From Welwitschia mirabilis (lineage: Eukaryota): a DNA stretch of 62,933 bases. The stretch is taken from NCBI GenBank assembly GCA_051453625.1, contig JBOZIK010000001.1:37047127-37110059 (forward strand), written 5' to 3'. The translations under genes and the position numbers were made by a program. A model generated the notes under the pieces. That model was not told the origin of the DNA, ran no database searches, and saw only the letters and a list, made by a program, of their open reading frames with translations. How positions within the stretch are numbered: position 1 is the first letter of the stretch; each line of letters starts with the position of its first letter. Of the stretch, positions 14,330 to 25,800 are shown in pieces.

Positions 14330-15800
14330 CTTCACAAAAGACTCAACTAAGCTATGAGGGTTATTATAACAACAAAGGTTCATTCTTCTTTTCGTATTTA
14401 CCATTCTTCTTATCTTGCTCCTAACATGACAAAAGATAAAAAGACTGCAAACTAGCTTAAAGATTTTATTTGGTCTTCAAGAGGGAGGTATGGGTTTCGA
14501 AGGGTCTCTTGGGACACATGTTATAGGTAAAAAAAAGGGGTGGTCTTGGTATTCCAAATCCAAAATATTTGGAGACCTCCGTTGCAAACAAGTGAATTGT
14601 GTATGTCTATTATGGTAATGAATCTTGGAAGATTCTGATGGTGGATGCTATTACCAAGGGATGCTCTTTAGGTGGGAAAACTTAGGGTGGTCTTGAATTT
14701 AATGATCTTANNNNNNNNNNNNNNNNNNNNNNNNNNNNNNNNNNNNNNNNNNNNNNNNNNNNNNNNNNNNNNNNNNNNNNNNNNNNNNNNNNNNNNNNNN
14801 NNNNNNNNNNNNNNNNNNNNNNNNNNNNNNNNNNNNNNNNNNNNNNNNNNNNNNNNNNNNNNNNNNNNNNNNNNNNNNNNNNNNNNNNNNNNNNNNNNNN
14901 NNNNNNNNNNNNNNNNNNNNNNNNNNNNNNNNNNNNNNNNNNNNNNNNNNNNNNNNNNNNNNNNNNNNNNNNNNNNNNNNNNNNNNNNNNNNNNNNNNNN
15001 NNNNNNNNNNNNNNNNNNNNNNNNNNNNNNNNNNNNNNNNNNNNNNNNNNNNNNNNNNNNNNNNNNNNNNNNNNNNNNNNNNNNNNNNNNNNNNNNNNNN
15101 NNNNNNNNNNNNNNNNNNNNNNNNNNNNNNNNNNNNNNNNNNNNNNNNNNNNNNNNNNNNNNNNNNNNNNNNNNNNNNNNNNNNNNNNNNNNNNNNNNNN
15201 NNNNNNNNNNNNNNNNNNNNNNNNNNNNNNNNNNNNNNNNNNNNNNNNNNTGTCTATTATGGTAATGAATCTTGGAAGATTCTGATGGTGGATGCTATTG
15301 CCAAGGGATGCTCTTTAGGTGGGAAAACTTAGGATGGTCTTGAATTTAATGATCTTATTTTATCGTAATTTTTAATAAAGTTTAGGAGTTTTCCTATTTT
15401 GGCAAGTATTTAGTAGGCTTGGAAAAAGGTTCAAAATGGTTTACAACCATGCAGTACTTGTTAGTTTGGAAAGACTTCTTTATAGTGGATAAAAATTGGA
15501 ATTCAAGAAAACCTTATACACTCTAGTCAATCCCTAGTTATGGCATTCATATCTGTGCATTTGGAAGATGTTTGGCCATAAGGAAATCCTTCTCCCATTT
15601 GCTGGAATGAAGTCAAAATAAACTTTCTCTACCAAATTAGTATAAGAGAAATTTTCATCTTTTTCAAGATTACATTTAGATTATTTGCAATAATGTGATG
15701 ACAAAAAATGTTTTTAGTAAGTGAAACTAGTCTCATAAAACTCCTTTCCATAGCTATTCTTACAAAATTGGTTATGAGTGTTAAATTCAGGAGGTCTCGA
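14330..15800 (+). mobile_element. L1-type LINE ORF2 fragment (region downstream of RT)
   Basis: FIW (14465), RVSWDTC and GGLGIPNP (~14538-14562) are hallmark motifs of plant L1 ORF2. Interrupted by gap 14711-15250. Boundaries approximate. Confidence 0.65.
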
Positions 15801-16851
15801 TCTCTCATATTCCTTCAAAAATAGCATGCTTTAGGTCGTTTTTTCGTTTCTAAGGGCTATCGTTAGGTCATTGTTAGACATATGTAGGTATTTAAAATCC
15901 ATTGCGTTGCCTTTGTCAGATTAAAGAATCCCTTTTTACATACATTCTAAGACTAACCATAGCCAATCAGGGATAGCAATGGCTTAATGTTTTCTTTCAT
16001 GAATGCGATATCGATAAAAGATATAGGATTTTTGAAAGAGGGCCTCAAGTTCACAATTAAAAAACACTCTTTGGAGTTCAACAAGTTGTTATCTTCCTTT
16101 CAAACTGTTCAAGCTGAAGAATGCAACTCTTTAAAAATGAAATCATTTCTTTCTTTCCTTTTTCCTCCAAACTTCATATTGTCTCCTCTCTTAGCTGCCT
16201 TCCCCCCACCCCATTTTTTTTTAACTTTTGAGATTGTTATTACAAAAAATTAGCAAGTTTCTGAGCTATGTCAATAATGGCTAAACTCTCTTAGCAACTC
16301 TCCCATATTTGGAATAGCCTACTAATGCATCTACAAACTTTTTTATTTCTAAAGAAAGCTAAGAAAGTTAGCTTTCCCAATAAAAAAATCCTATAGACTT
16401 TTTGAATAAGAGAAATTTACATGATAGAAGGTCAAAAACATTTCTCCAACAAACTCACAAAGAATTTTAATGATATTTAAACATATCAACAAAAGTTATT
16501 GACCTCAATTTTTTATGGTCTATGTGTATTGAGTTCTACAACATTGAAGAAAAATATGATACTTAAAAAGTTTAAGGGCACGGAATTCTAATTTCATTTA
16601 GCCAAAGCACATCAAAATAAACGATCATTCATTCATATTGTACATTGTGCCAATACATCACCTTGGAGTTGCTACCCTAAAGTTTGATGAAATTGCAATT
16701 GATTTCTATTTAAATAATATGCTCGTAGTAGTAGGACATTATGCTTACTCTGCGAAAAGACCAGGCTGGACCACTCACCGACTCCTCAGAAAAGAACCAA
16801 CCGAGACTTGACACGTCGCTCCACAATCATTAATGGCTATGACGTTGTAGT

Positions 16852-19817
16852 TTAGGAGGAAGCGTGTTGGTGTCCATCGTCAACGGCTCCTCGAAGCATC
16901 CTTTTGAACAACTTCATTGACGACTTTGGGAGCCTCCGCAGATTGCCCGAACCAAAATCCAGGTAGTTGAGGCCAAACCTTATCTGATATCCAATGCCGT
17001 TCTCGAAAATGTCCACGAATGAACACGCAAATAATCCTCTCGNNNNNNNNNNNNNNNNNNNNNNNNNNNNNNNNNNNNNNNNNNNNNNNNNNNNNNNNNN
17101 NNNNNNNNNNNNNNNNNNNNNNNNNNNNNNNNNNNNNNNNNNAACTGTCCACGAATGACCACGCAAAGAATCCTCTCGTGTCTGATCCGTTGCTGCAACA
17201 AATTTTCCGCAGAAGATTTTAGTAGATTTTCTTTGGTATGTTAGACGTTTTTGTGTGAGCATGTCGGTATGCTGTGTCTGGTTTAAGATTGGAAAGTTTT
17301 GCGGTCTACCTCATGGCATTCAGCATGCTTCTTAGGTAGTCTCTGTAAAACGAAACGCGCTCCGCGTCTCGCACGGACTCGCTCATGGGCACCGACGAGT
17401 CGTCCGGAACACCTGCATTTGCAGAAATCACAAAAACTGAGATGAATGATGTTCATCTGGTTCTGTTAATCAGTCGTCTGAATGAATTCTAGTCATTAAA
17501 TTTGCGGGCACGGCAGAGACTCCGACGAATGATACCCGTCTGGTTCTGTTAAGCACTTTTCTGAATTGAGTTATAGTTACTGCATTTGCGGGACGTCTTA
17601 CCGCACTCCGTGATGATCACTGGTGGGTTGCCGTAGCGCTCCTTCACGTATTCAAGCAGCTCCTGAAACCCCAAAGGCACCGACCCGTAACCGTAGTTCT
17701 GCAACAGCACAAAGCTTTCAAAAATTGCTTTGAATGCTCAAATCCGGACTAGAATGATTATTTACAAAGATTGGAAGGACTTCGGACTTTTTTTACCAGA
17801 TATGTTGCAATCACCTGGTTCTTCGCCGCACCTGTGTCCAATCATGGCAGTTGCGGTGAGAAATGGTTTGATAACGGAGTTACAGTGCGACAAATATAAA
17901 AAACAAGAGGACCTGTTGCGGAAATTCTCATGTCGTCCATGTAACCCTGAGGCGGGGAATTGGCCGAGGGATTTTCGGAGATATAGAGCGTCGAATAGTG
18001 ATTCAGCCCAATGAAATCGAACGACTGGTTTATGTCCTTTGCCTCTGATTTCGTAAACGTCGGCAGCCGATCCCCGACAATCTCACGCATTATCTCCGGA
18101 TATGTGCCGTATAACAGTGGCTCCATGATCCTGCAAAAACCACACCATTATTTCAACACTTTGCCCACTTCTTTACACAAATCGAACCAGGGACTGGCAT
18201 TCAGGTGGGGCGAGATCCACTCTAAAAGGGTCTGGCGTTCAAGTCGTGCGGGATCCACTCACCACCCAATCTGAAAATCCATTGCTCTTTGACATGCCGC
18301 GGCGTTCTGCGATTGGTTGTCCAGTGGCCAGTACCAGTACGCAGAGATCGATATCCCGATGAGCCCGCCAGGTCTCTGAGAAAACAAAGTTTAAAATAAT
18401 AATCAGCCTTTCCTCCAACTCTCACGCACTTTGAAAAATAACAGAAAATATACCCGAAACTTGGATCTGTAGAGTTTGACGGCAGCCGAATGGGCGAGCA
18501 GCATGTGGTGGAGGGCCAGATATGGCTCTGTAGTGGAATTGCCTTTTGTGCAGTTCATATAATCGAGCGAGCAGCGTTTCGGAGGTTGCGAGCCTTCGCT
18601 GTAACCCAGCTCTGCAAATGTGTTCGGTTCGTTTATCGTTATCCAGTGATTCACTCGGTCTCCGAATGCTCTGAAACACACTTCTGCAAATGCCAGAAAG
18701 TCGTCCCTGCATTCCATTCATCTTCTCGTTACTCGAATCCCGTCAAAATGGAGCGTTTCAGTAACTCTGGGGAGGGGATTAGGGTTTCAGAGAGTTACAC
18801 AATCCGGGGGTGCACCCATCCGCCGTATTCGTCTTCCAGCTTCTGCGGCAGATTGAAGTGATTCAGAGTGATGTAAGGCTCGATATCTGCAGACGGACAT
18901 TTCGAATGAATTAACGCTGATCGATTCTATGGTCGTGAGCTCTTTTTGGACGAATCAGAACAAAGAGAATCTGCGTATACTGACTGTAAGCAAGCAGTTC
19001 GTTGACGAAGTTGTTGTAGAACTCCAGGCCTTTAGGATTGATTTCTCCGCGGCCGTCTGCGCGACGGAATCTAATCGACTCAGAGGACAAAACACTTGTT
19101 TAATAAAAGAAAAGAATAAGGCTGAAGTTGCAGAGCAGCTATTTACCAGGAATGAGCCTCGGCCACGAGATCGAGAATCGAAAGGCATCGAATCCTCCAT
19201 CAGACAAAAGCTTCACATCTTCCTGCAAATCAATCGACCCGCTTAAAACAGATTCAACGTTGAGAAGCAGAATTTTACATGAGGACTATTAACTGTTTTT
19301 ACACAGAGCGGAATCATGCCTTGTATCTGTGATATCCATCGGAGGCTACGTCACCAGTGCTCCCGTCCATGGTGTTCCCTGCAACAGAGCAAAACATCGA
19401 GTATTATATTTCTCTGCAACGTTTTCTGCATCCTTTACTTTCAAGATGAGATAAAAACAGGAGGCAAGCAATCTGCGAACTGAAACGAACCTTCGTGCGT
19501 GTACACGTCCCAGATGCCAACCCCCTTTCCGTCTTCAAAGGCCGCGCCTTCATACTGCAAATTCCATCATCATTGAACAGCAGAACTCGCAGTAGGGCTG
19601 TGCCCGTATTGAGCCAAAAAAACATCTAACTAAGAAAAGCAATTGTAACGGAACGAACCTGGTAAGCAGAAGTACCAGCGCCGAATACAAACTTCTTCGG
19701 AAAGTCGTTTCTGCGAAGCGCCGTTCCTTCTGCCAAAATCGGGACAGGAGCAGCTCCGCAGAAACACAAAACCAGAACCAGTAATCTCCAAGAAACATCG
19801 CCCATGCCGCGCCCCAT
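16852..19817 (-). CDS. BGLU: Glycoside hydrolase family 1 beta-glucosidase / transglucosidase-like protein (At/Os6 clade, BGLU11/Os9BGlu31-like), 13 exons, ~513 aa
   Basis: Manually spliced exons (minus strand): 19817-19659, 19554-19491, 19378-19320, 19222-19147, 19056-18985, 18886-18799, 18706-18454, 18375-18263, 18130-17913, 17831-17797 (alternative donor at 17815), 17698-17602, 17412-17310, 17192-16852 (contains a 100-N gap with overlapping flanks). Phases are consistent throughout. Exon sizes 59/76/88/253/218 are typical of plant GH1 genes. Motifs: hydrophobic signal peptide, [42 protein letters not shown] (acid/base Glu, 18625-18639), PPKRC..NC disulfide loop, [13 protein letters not shown] (nucleophile Glu, 17606-17608), [25 protein letters not shown] stop at 16852-16854. 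Confidence 0.95.
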
Positions 19818-20410
19818 GGCTGCCTTTTTATGCTTCAAATTGCAAATGTTTGCCGCGCCGTCTATAGACACCTGCAACCTAGATGTCGCATTCCCTCGTT
19901 CTCTTCTGCCTGGCCGTCAGCACCCCGGCGATTGGACAAAGTGGCTTGAGAGTGGAGAACCAATTACGAAAGTTGTTGCCCGCAAACGGCAAGAGATTAT
20001 GTATGACACAGGGGTCGTACGGAGAGTGGCGTGAGAAAGCTTACTGGTCGCAGTCTGGAGTTAGCACCTGCAGGCGAGCACAAACCAAGTCCGTCGGCAG
20101 TGTCCATAGCTGCAGACTTTAATAACAGAAGACGTTACAGTCACATCGGTGCTTCTGTGCTTCGATTGCTTAGTCTACCGACTTCATTTGAGTTGTTGAT
20201 AACAGATCGGTTGCTTGGCCACTGTAAATCACGTGCCGCTGTGCTTGAGTTTGAACAGAGAGAGGTTGTTGAGGTATGTTTACTCGGACCAATAATTTGG
20301 GAGATGGTCCCGCGGAGGGACTTTTCCATGTACTTTATATTATTTAATTATTTCGGAGACAGACCCAGGAAGGGGCTTTTATATGTACTTTATATTATTT
20401 AAATAATTTT
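19818..20410 (-). promoter_or_regulatory. Putative 5'UTR and proximal promoter of the BGLU gene
   Basis: CpG-rich sequence directly upstream of the ATG. TATA-like TCTATAGA at 19861-19868, CCAAT on the minus strand at 19931-19935, G-box CACGTG at 20230-20235. Motif matches only. Confidence 0.4.
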
Positions 20411-22843
20411 GAAAGTTACAAGTGCGTGCCTTAGAAAAATTAAATATTTCGGGAACTTAGAATGCGTGGTTCATAAGGAGGCACGAACTCCTCCTGGTAC
20501 TCTTTTTTCACTACTCTCTCTCTTAACAAGTTAAATTAATGATTCACCATTGTCTCACTTGTGGGGGGGTGCAATTACCATCTCAATTTTTTGCCAAGAT
20601 AGGCAGTGATTTTAGCAGATTAAATCAATGTTTGACCATTGACTCACTGTTTAAGTGGTTGAAGTTATCCATCTCACTATTTTACCAAAAGAGGGAATGA
20701 TTTTAACATTTTTGGTCAAAGAAAGACTTGACCTCTGGTTTGTTATTTTTTTAACACGTCTAGAAATTATTTTAACCTACTAGAACCATGGTTGTGACGC
20801 CTCACAACGATACTCAGCAATAGAGGATGTCGACACACCCTCTACCCCCTACATGGTCATTCATTGCTGTGAATCCAACTACTCGGCACCACTGCTTGAG
20901 TTAGTCAGATACACTATGTTGGGTGTATCTTATTTAAAGAAAATCTCAAACTCGTAACATTTTCAGAACAAACCCTTCTCCTCCATTTAGAAAGTAGTAG
21001 GTTTGAATCTTTGAAAGTCATGGCATAATTTAAATAATCATCTAAGCGATTGTGGTTTATAAGTTTAATTGTTTCTTTTAGTGGTAATAAATTTTTAACC
21101 ATTTTTTCATTAATTTAATATAATGAAATTGAAACTAAAATTTTTTGTTATGTCAATAAAGATCCTAAGGATTTATTAAACAAAAGATATGCATTACATG
21201 AACATCAGAGACTTCATTCGTAAATTTAACCATAGCTCTAGGTAAAACTTGAAACAAAACAACCAAAGTAATGATGTGAATTTTCAAAGGAGCAAGAACT
21301 ATAAAATCCTAAGAAGAGTGGTCCTTAGAGCAAGGAGTGATGTTGAACTCGAAACGTTTTAGTGAACATAAATTTCCCTAGAAGTGTAACCATTATAATT
21401 CCCTAAACAAATGATTGACATATGCTTAGGGCCTCATAATGTATCAAGGAAGGGATTTAAAGTTTCAAAAATCCATGAACTTCTAAATGGAGGATGAGTG
21501 TCCCACCAATTGGACTACCATTCCATTGGAAAGTAATTTATATAAAGATTACAAAAACTCATGCATAGAGATAAATTCCATTAAGACTTTTAACTTCAAA
21601 CTAAATATCAACTTCAATGTCTAGGATTTAAAATATACAACACACTAACAAGAAGACATAAGGTTTAAAAAAGTATGAAGCAAATAGAATGAGTTCTTAT
21701 GTTTACTAAAAGAATAAATGCAAACCTACTCAATCATGGCCCAAGAAATGAACTTACATTATGGAAGAAACTCAACAAAAGAACTTTCCTTAATATTTTA
21801 ACATATACAACAATCACGAGGAAGAAAGCATTATGTTGTCTTATTAAAAGAACTTAACATGTATGTCTATGAATCTCATTGTAAAGAAGAGGGTAGTTAC
21901 AAAGTAGAACTTATCTTATTAAGATTATATGGAGATTAAAAAAATATTGTAGATTCATAAGTGTTTGATGATTTACATATGATTCCTTTGATATGGAATT
22001 GGAATTTCATGAATTAAATCAAATGTAAAGATTTGCCTCTTTAAGAGTTAAAATAGAGAAAAACTTTAGGATTCGATTCTATTTATACTTTATCATGATA
22101 AAATTTTTATTTATAAAATGGTTTATAATTCATGGGCATACTTGATATAGAAAATTATAAAGTGTTTTTGAGTACTATAGATTAAAAGGAATTAATTTCT
22201 ATTTCCACTTCTATTTTTTATTGATGAAAACAATGGTTATTAACTTAAAATTTTTACTTTTCATATAATCTTGGAAGATAAGTTATTGTATTTGAATATC
22301 ATCAAATTAAATCCTGATAATTAAAAAAACAAAAACTCATATAGACTATGTAGTCTAGTAAAACTTAAACTTGATCATTTTCCTGATGATGATAAAGAAG
22401 AAAATAACAAGAACCTCTCTCTTTAATAGATTAATTTACATTCAATAAATCTTCTAATAAAAATAAAATTTCTTTAATAACTCCTTAAAAAAAACAAAGA
22501 ACATAAAATATCACTAAGCAAGTAACGAAGAATTATCAAAGAAAATTTTAGTTAACTTGCACCTAATAGAAAGAGAGCTGTAATGGATTAGTAAAGTGAA
22601 AATGGTTAAAAACTTATTAAACATAAAATTCATTAAAACTATGAGGTTAATGTTAATTTGAGGCTTTATATCAAATCATAAGGCTATAAAAGAAGGAAAA
22701 GCATTTCCTGTGAAGGTGTCATTATGGTTAAGGTCATTTGCAANNNNNNNNNNNNNNNNNNNNNNNNNNNNNNNNNNNNNNNNNNNNNNNNNNNNNNNNN
22801 NNNNNNNNNNNNNNNNNNNNNNNNNNNNNNNNNNNNNNNNNNN

Positions 22844-25800
22844 GGCATGAATGGTGGAAGATGAAAAGCAGTGCATCTGAGCTCTTGGACTCCTGTTGTG
22901 ATGACCTCTACTATGACAGATCAGGAGCCTATTGCTTCCCCTGTACCTATACCTTCATGAGAGCTTGGTACTTTCCTTGAGCACGTGCCTTATGTCTAGA
23001 TGATTTCTTTGTAGATTCACTATCAGCTGCTATGTTGAGTTATATCCTATGTTATGTGGAGTTGTATGTGATGCTTCCTCTTCTATTTCCTCCTCTGAAT
23101 CTGACCATGTGGAAGTTCTCATCACCTTCACTTGTTATGGGCCTATGTTTCTTTAGCCTTAATAAATTTATATCAAAATTTCTCATCATTTTCGCTATTG
23201 ATTTTAATCCCTTTGTAATAGAGCTATGATCAATAGTGAAAGAGGTTTTCTAAAACTATGAAGATCTCCTACTTGTGTCCTCACCTAGTGGCACTGGTAT
23301 TTTTTGTTTCTCACTAAACTCTGTTAGTGGTTTCTTCTATTAAATGAAATTAACTTAAGGAACTAAAATACTACCACTGGTAATGATTAAAGTAATAAGA
23401 CAAGGGTGACCAAACATTTAGATCTTTTAAAACAGAGAGATAATAATCATACATAATATAAAATCCAAATCTATTTTTAACCTAGTTGATAAATAATATA
23501 CAACAAATGTTTGCAGTTGTTTACAATATCTATAACTATATCCTCTAACTAAAACATTATAAAATGTAATCAAACTAAGAATTAAAGCATTTGAAATCAT
23601 ATCTTTATGCTCTATGTTCTCTACAAAATTCATTCTAGTATGCCCAAACAACGCACTGCTCATATTTCTCCTTCACACACTAATAACTATAGAACTGAAA
23701 GTTTCTTTAAACAAATGTGGATAAATTTAATAAACATCTAAATGATCTATATCAAGTAGTGAATTGATAAAACTAGGAATAATGTGCAAAGAAGTTCCTC
23801 TAATCCAAGTTTGAAAGGCACTTATGCTATCATCTATTTTGTGAATGTTGACATAGAATTCTGTTATAATAGGATCTAGAATGCTTTGGTTTAATTGGAT
23901 GATCATTTTTCAATCAAGTCTAACGAGATAGGCTATAAGTTTACCTCTACGCTGTTTCTAAAAACCAAGAGTTCTTTATGAAATAATGGAATTTTTGGAT
24001 CAAGTTTTATATCTCCTGGCTACTACTTCATGATAGAACTAAGGTTCATATTGTGATCTTTGATTCTTTAAAGCTTGTTCTTTGTCTCTAGAAGTACTGA
24101 CTGACTTTCTTCTAATACTTTTTGTAAGATAGATGGAAAACCTGACCAAAAATCAAATAAAATACAAGAAAAATGAGAAATATGCACTATGAAATGGAAA
24201 ATCCTATTCTCACTTACTATTGAGACGTACCATGAATCCAAGACATCTTTCTAAAGAAATTTAACAAAATAAGATCTAAGAAGTCATCTAAGAGGAACGT
24301 TTATCTAGTGGAGACTTGAAAATAACATTTGATAGCTTCTTTTCCAAATAAAAAGGGTTAAACCCTAGTATTTTAGCACATTTCACTTTTCATAATAATA
24401 TAGTTGAGATGTTTATAACTTAAAAGGCATCTAAAACACAAAAAGTAGATGTCTATAAACTCAAATACATCTACTATTTAAAAATTTTTTAATACATTTC
24501 CTATTATTAAGACATTTACAAAATTTAAGACATCTATTTTGAAAAATTAAAATAGTGTACCTACCCTTCTAAGATGTCTATAAAACTCAAGATATCTACT
24601 TTTAAGATGTCTACAATTATTAAAACGTCTTGCATATAGATGTATACAAAACTAAAGACATCTATAATGAAATTTTAAGACTTTTTGTGAATATCTACAA
24701 CTACTACAAACATAACAATAATACTTTAAAAAAGTAAATAACAAGAAAATAATTTAACTTTTACTACTACATCTAATGATAATCTAAACTCATAATATAA
24801 TTTTAATGGGAGTTGAGAATTTAAATAATATTACTTGTTAACTTACTTATTAGGCAGGGTCTAATCCTCAAGTTCCTGCATTGCTTTATATATCTTTTAG
24901 TACCTTGAGATTTAGTTACCACATGGCTAATTTTATCATCAGTATATTATAGCACGATGCCTTTGTTGTACTTTTTACGAATTTTCCTTTTAATTAAGTC
25001 CTCGTTTTCATGTTGACTCTTTTTGTGCCAATGCTTTGATTCTCTTATTTCACTTAACAAATACTTAATTTTATTGTTATAAGTATTTTGCAAAATAGTT
25101 CGTGATAAGAATGCTAGTTTTTCTTTTGGTATTCAAACTTTTCTTGGTTTATTCTACACAAATCGATGTACTATTTTACTATGCCTTTTTGCATTGTTAG
25201 TATAATGCCTATTTTTAATTTTCATTAGACTTCTATACTGATAATGACATCTATTATGGTAATAATAACAAATAAAATCTATTTGTAAATACCAAATGTT
25301 TATATCTTGGATTATAGTTCCATTTTTCAAACACAGAGGCTAAAGTACTGGTAGAGGCTTCATTGTGTTCCAAGCCATTCTTATCATTTGAACTTCTACA
25401 TTATCTAAGAATGATATTTAAAGTCTTCTTTTCTTGGGTAAACTTTTCATTGATTTTATTTGAATTTGATAGTTCATGTCTTACATTCTCTAAATCAAAA
25501 GTTAGTCTATTAACCTCAACTTTAAGAGCCGAGTTTTTAGAAGATAATTCATTACAAACATTCTTTTCTTGTTTATATGCTTCTTAGCCTTTTCATCTTG
25601 GTACATAATTTTTACAGTTTGATAAACTCTTCAAAAATTATATTTTAATTCTTATAGATCCTTACCTATGTCATCTCCACTTTCTGAATCATACTCTTCT
25701 TCTGTCTCATCATCTTCTTTCTAAAAGTGTGTAATAGTCATGTAGGAAGAATAAGCTTTCTCATCATTAGATGTTTCTTCTTTTGTTACTTCTTCATCAT

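Noticed and set aside
16852-19817. Horizontal transfer of the GC-rich gene from microbes
   Set aside because: Intron positions, exon sizes and the signal peptide match native plant GH1 genes.
19818-19877. Upstream in-frame ATG at 19877 as start codon
   Set aside because: It adds a non-hydrophobic 20-aa leader before the signal peptide. ATG 19817 (GCAGCCATGG) has strong context, with 19805 as an alternative.
17730-20402. Plus-strand ORFs overlapping the BGLU gene and promoter
   Set aside because: Antisense shadows of GC-rich sequence with no recognisable motifs.
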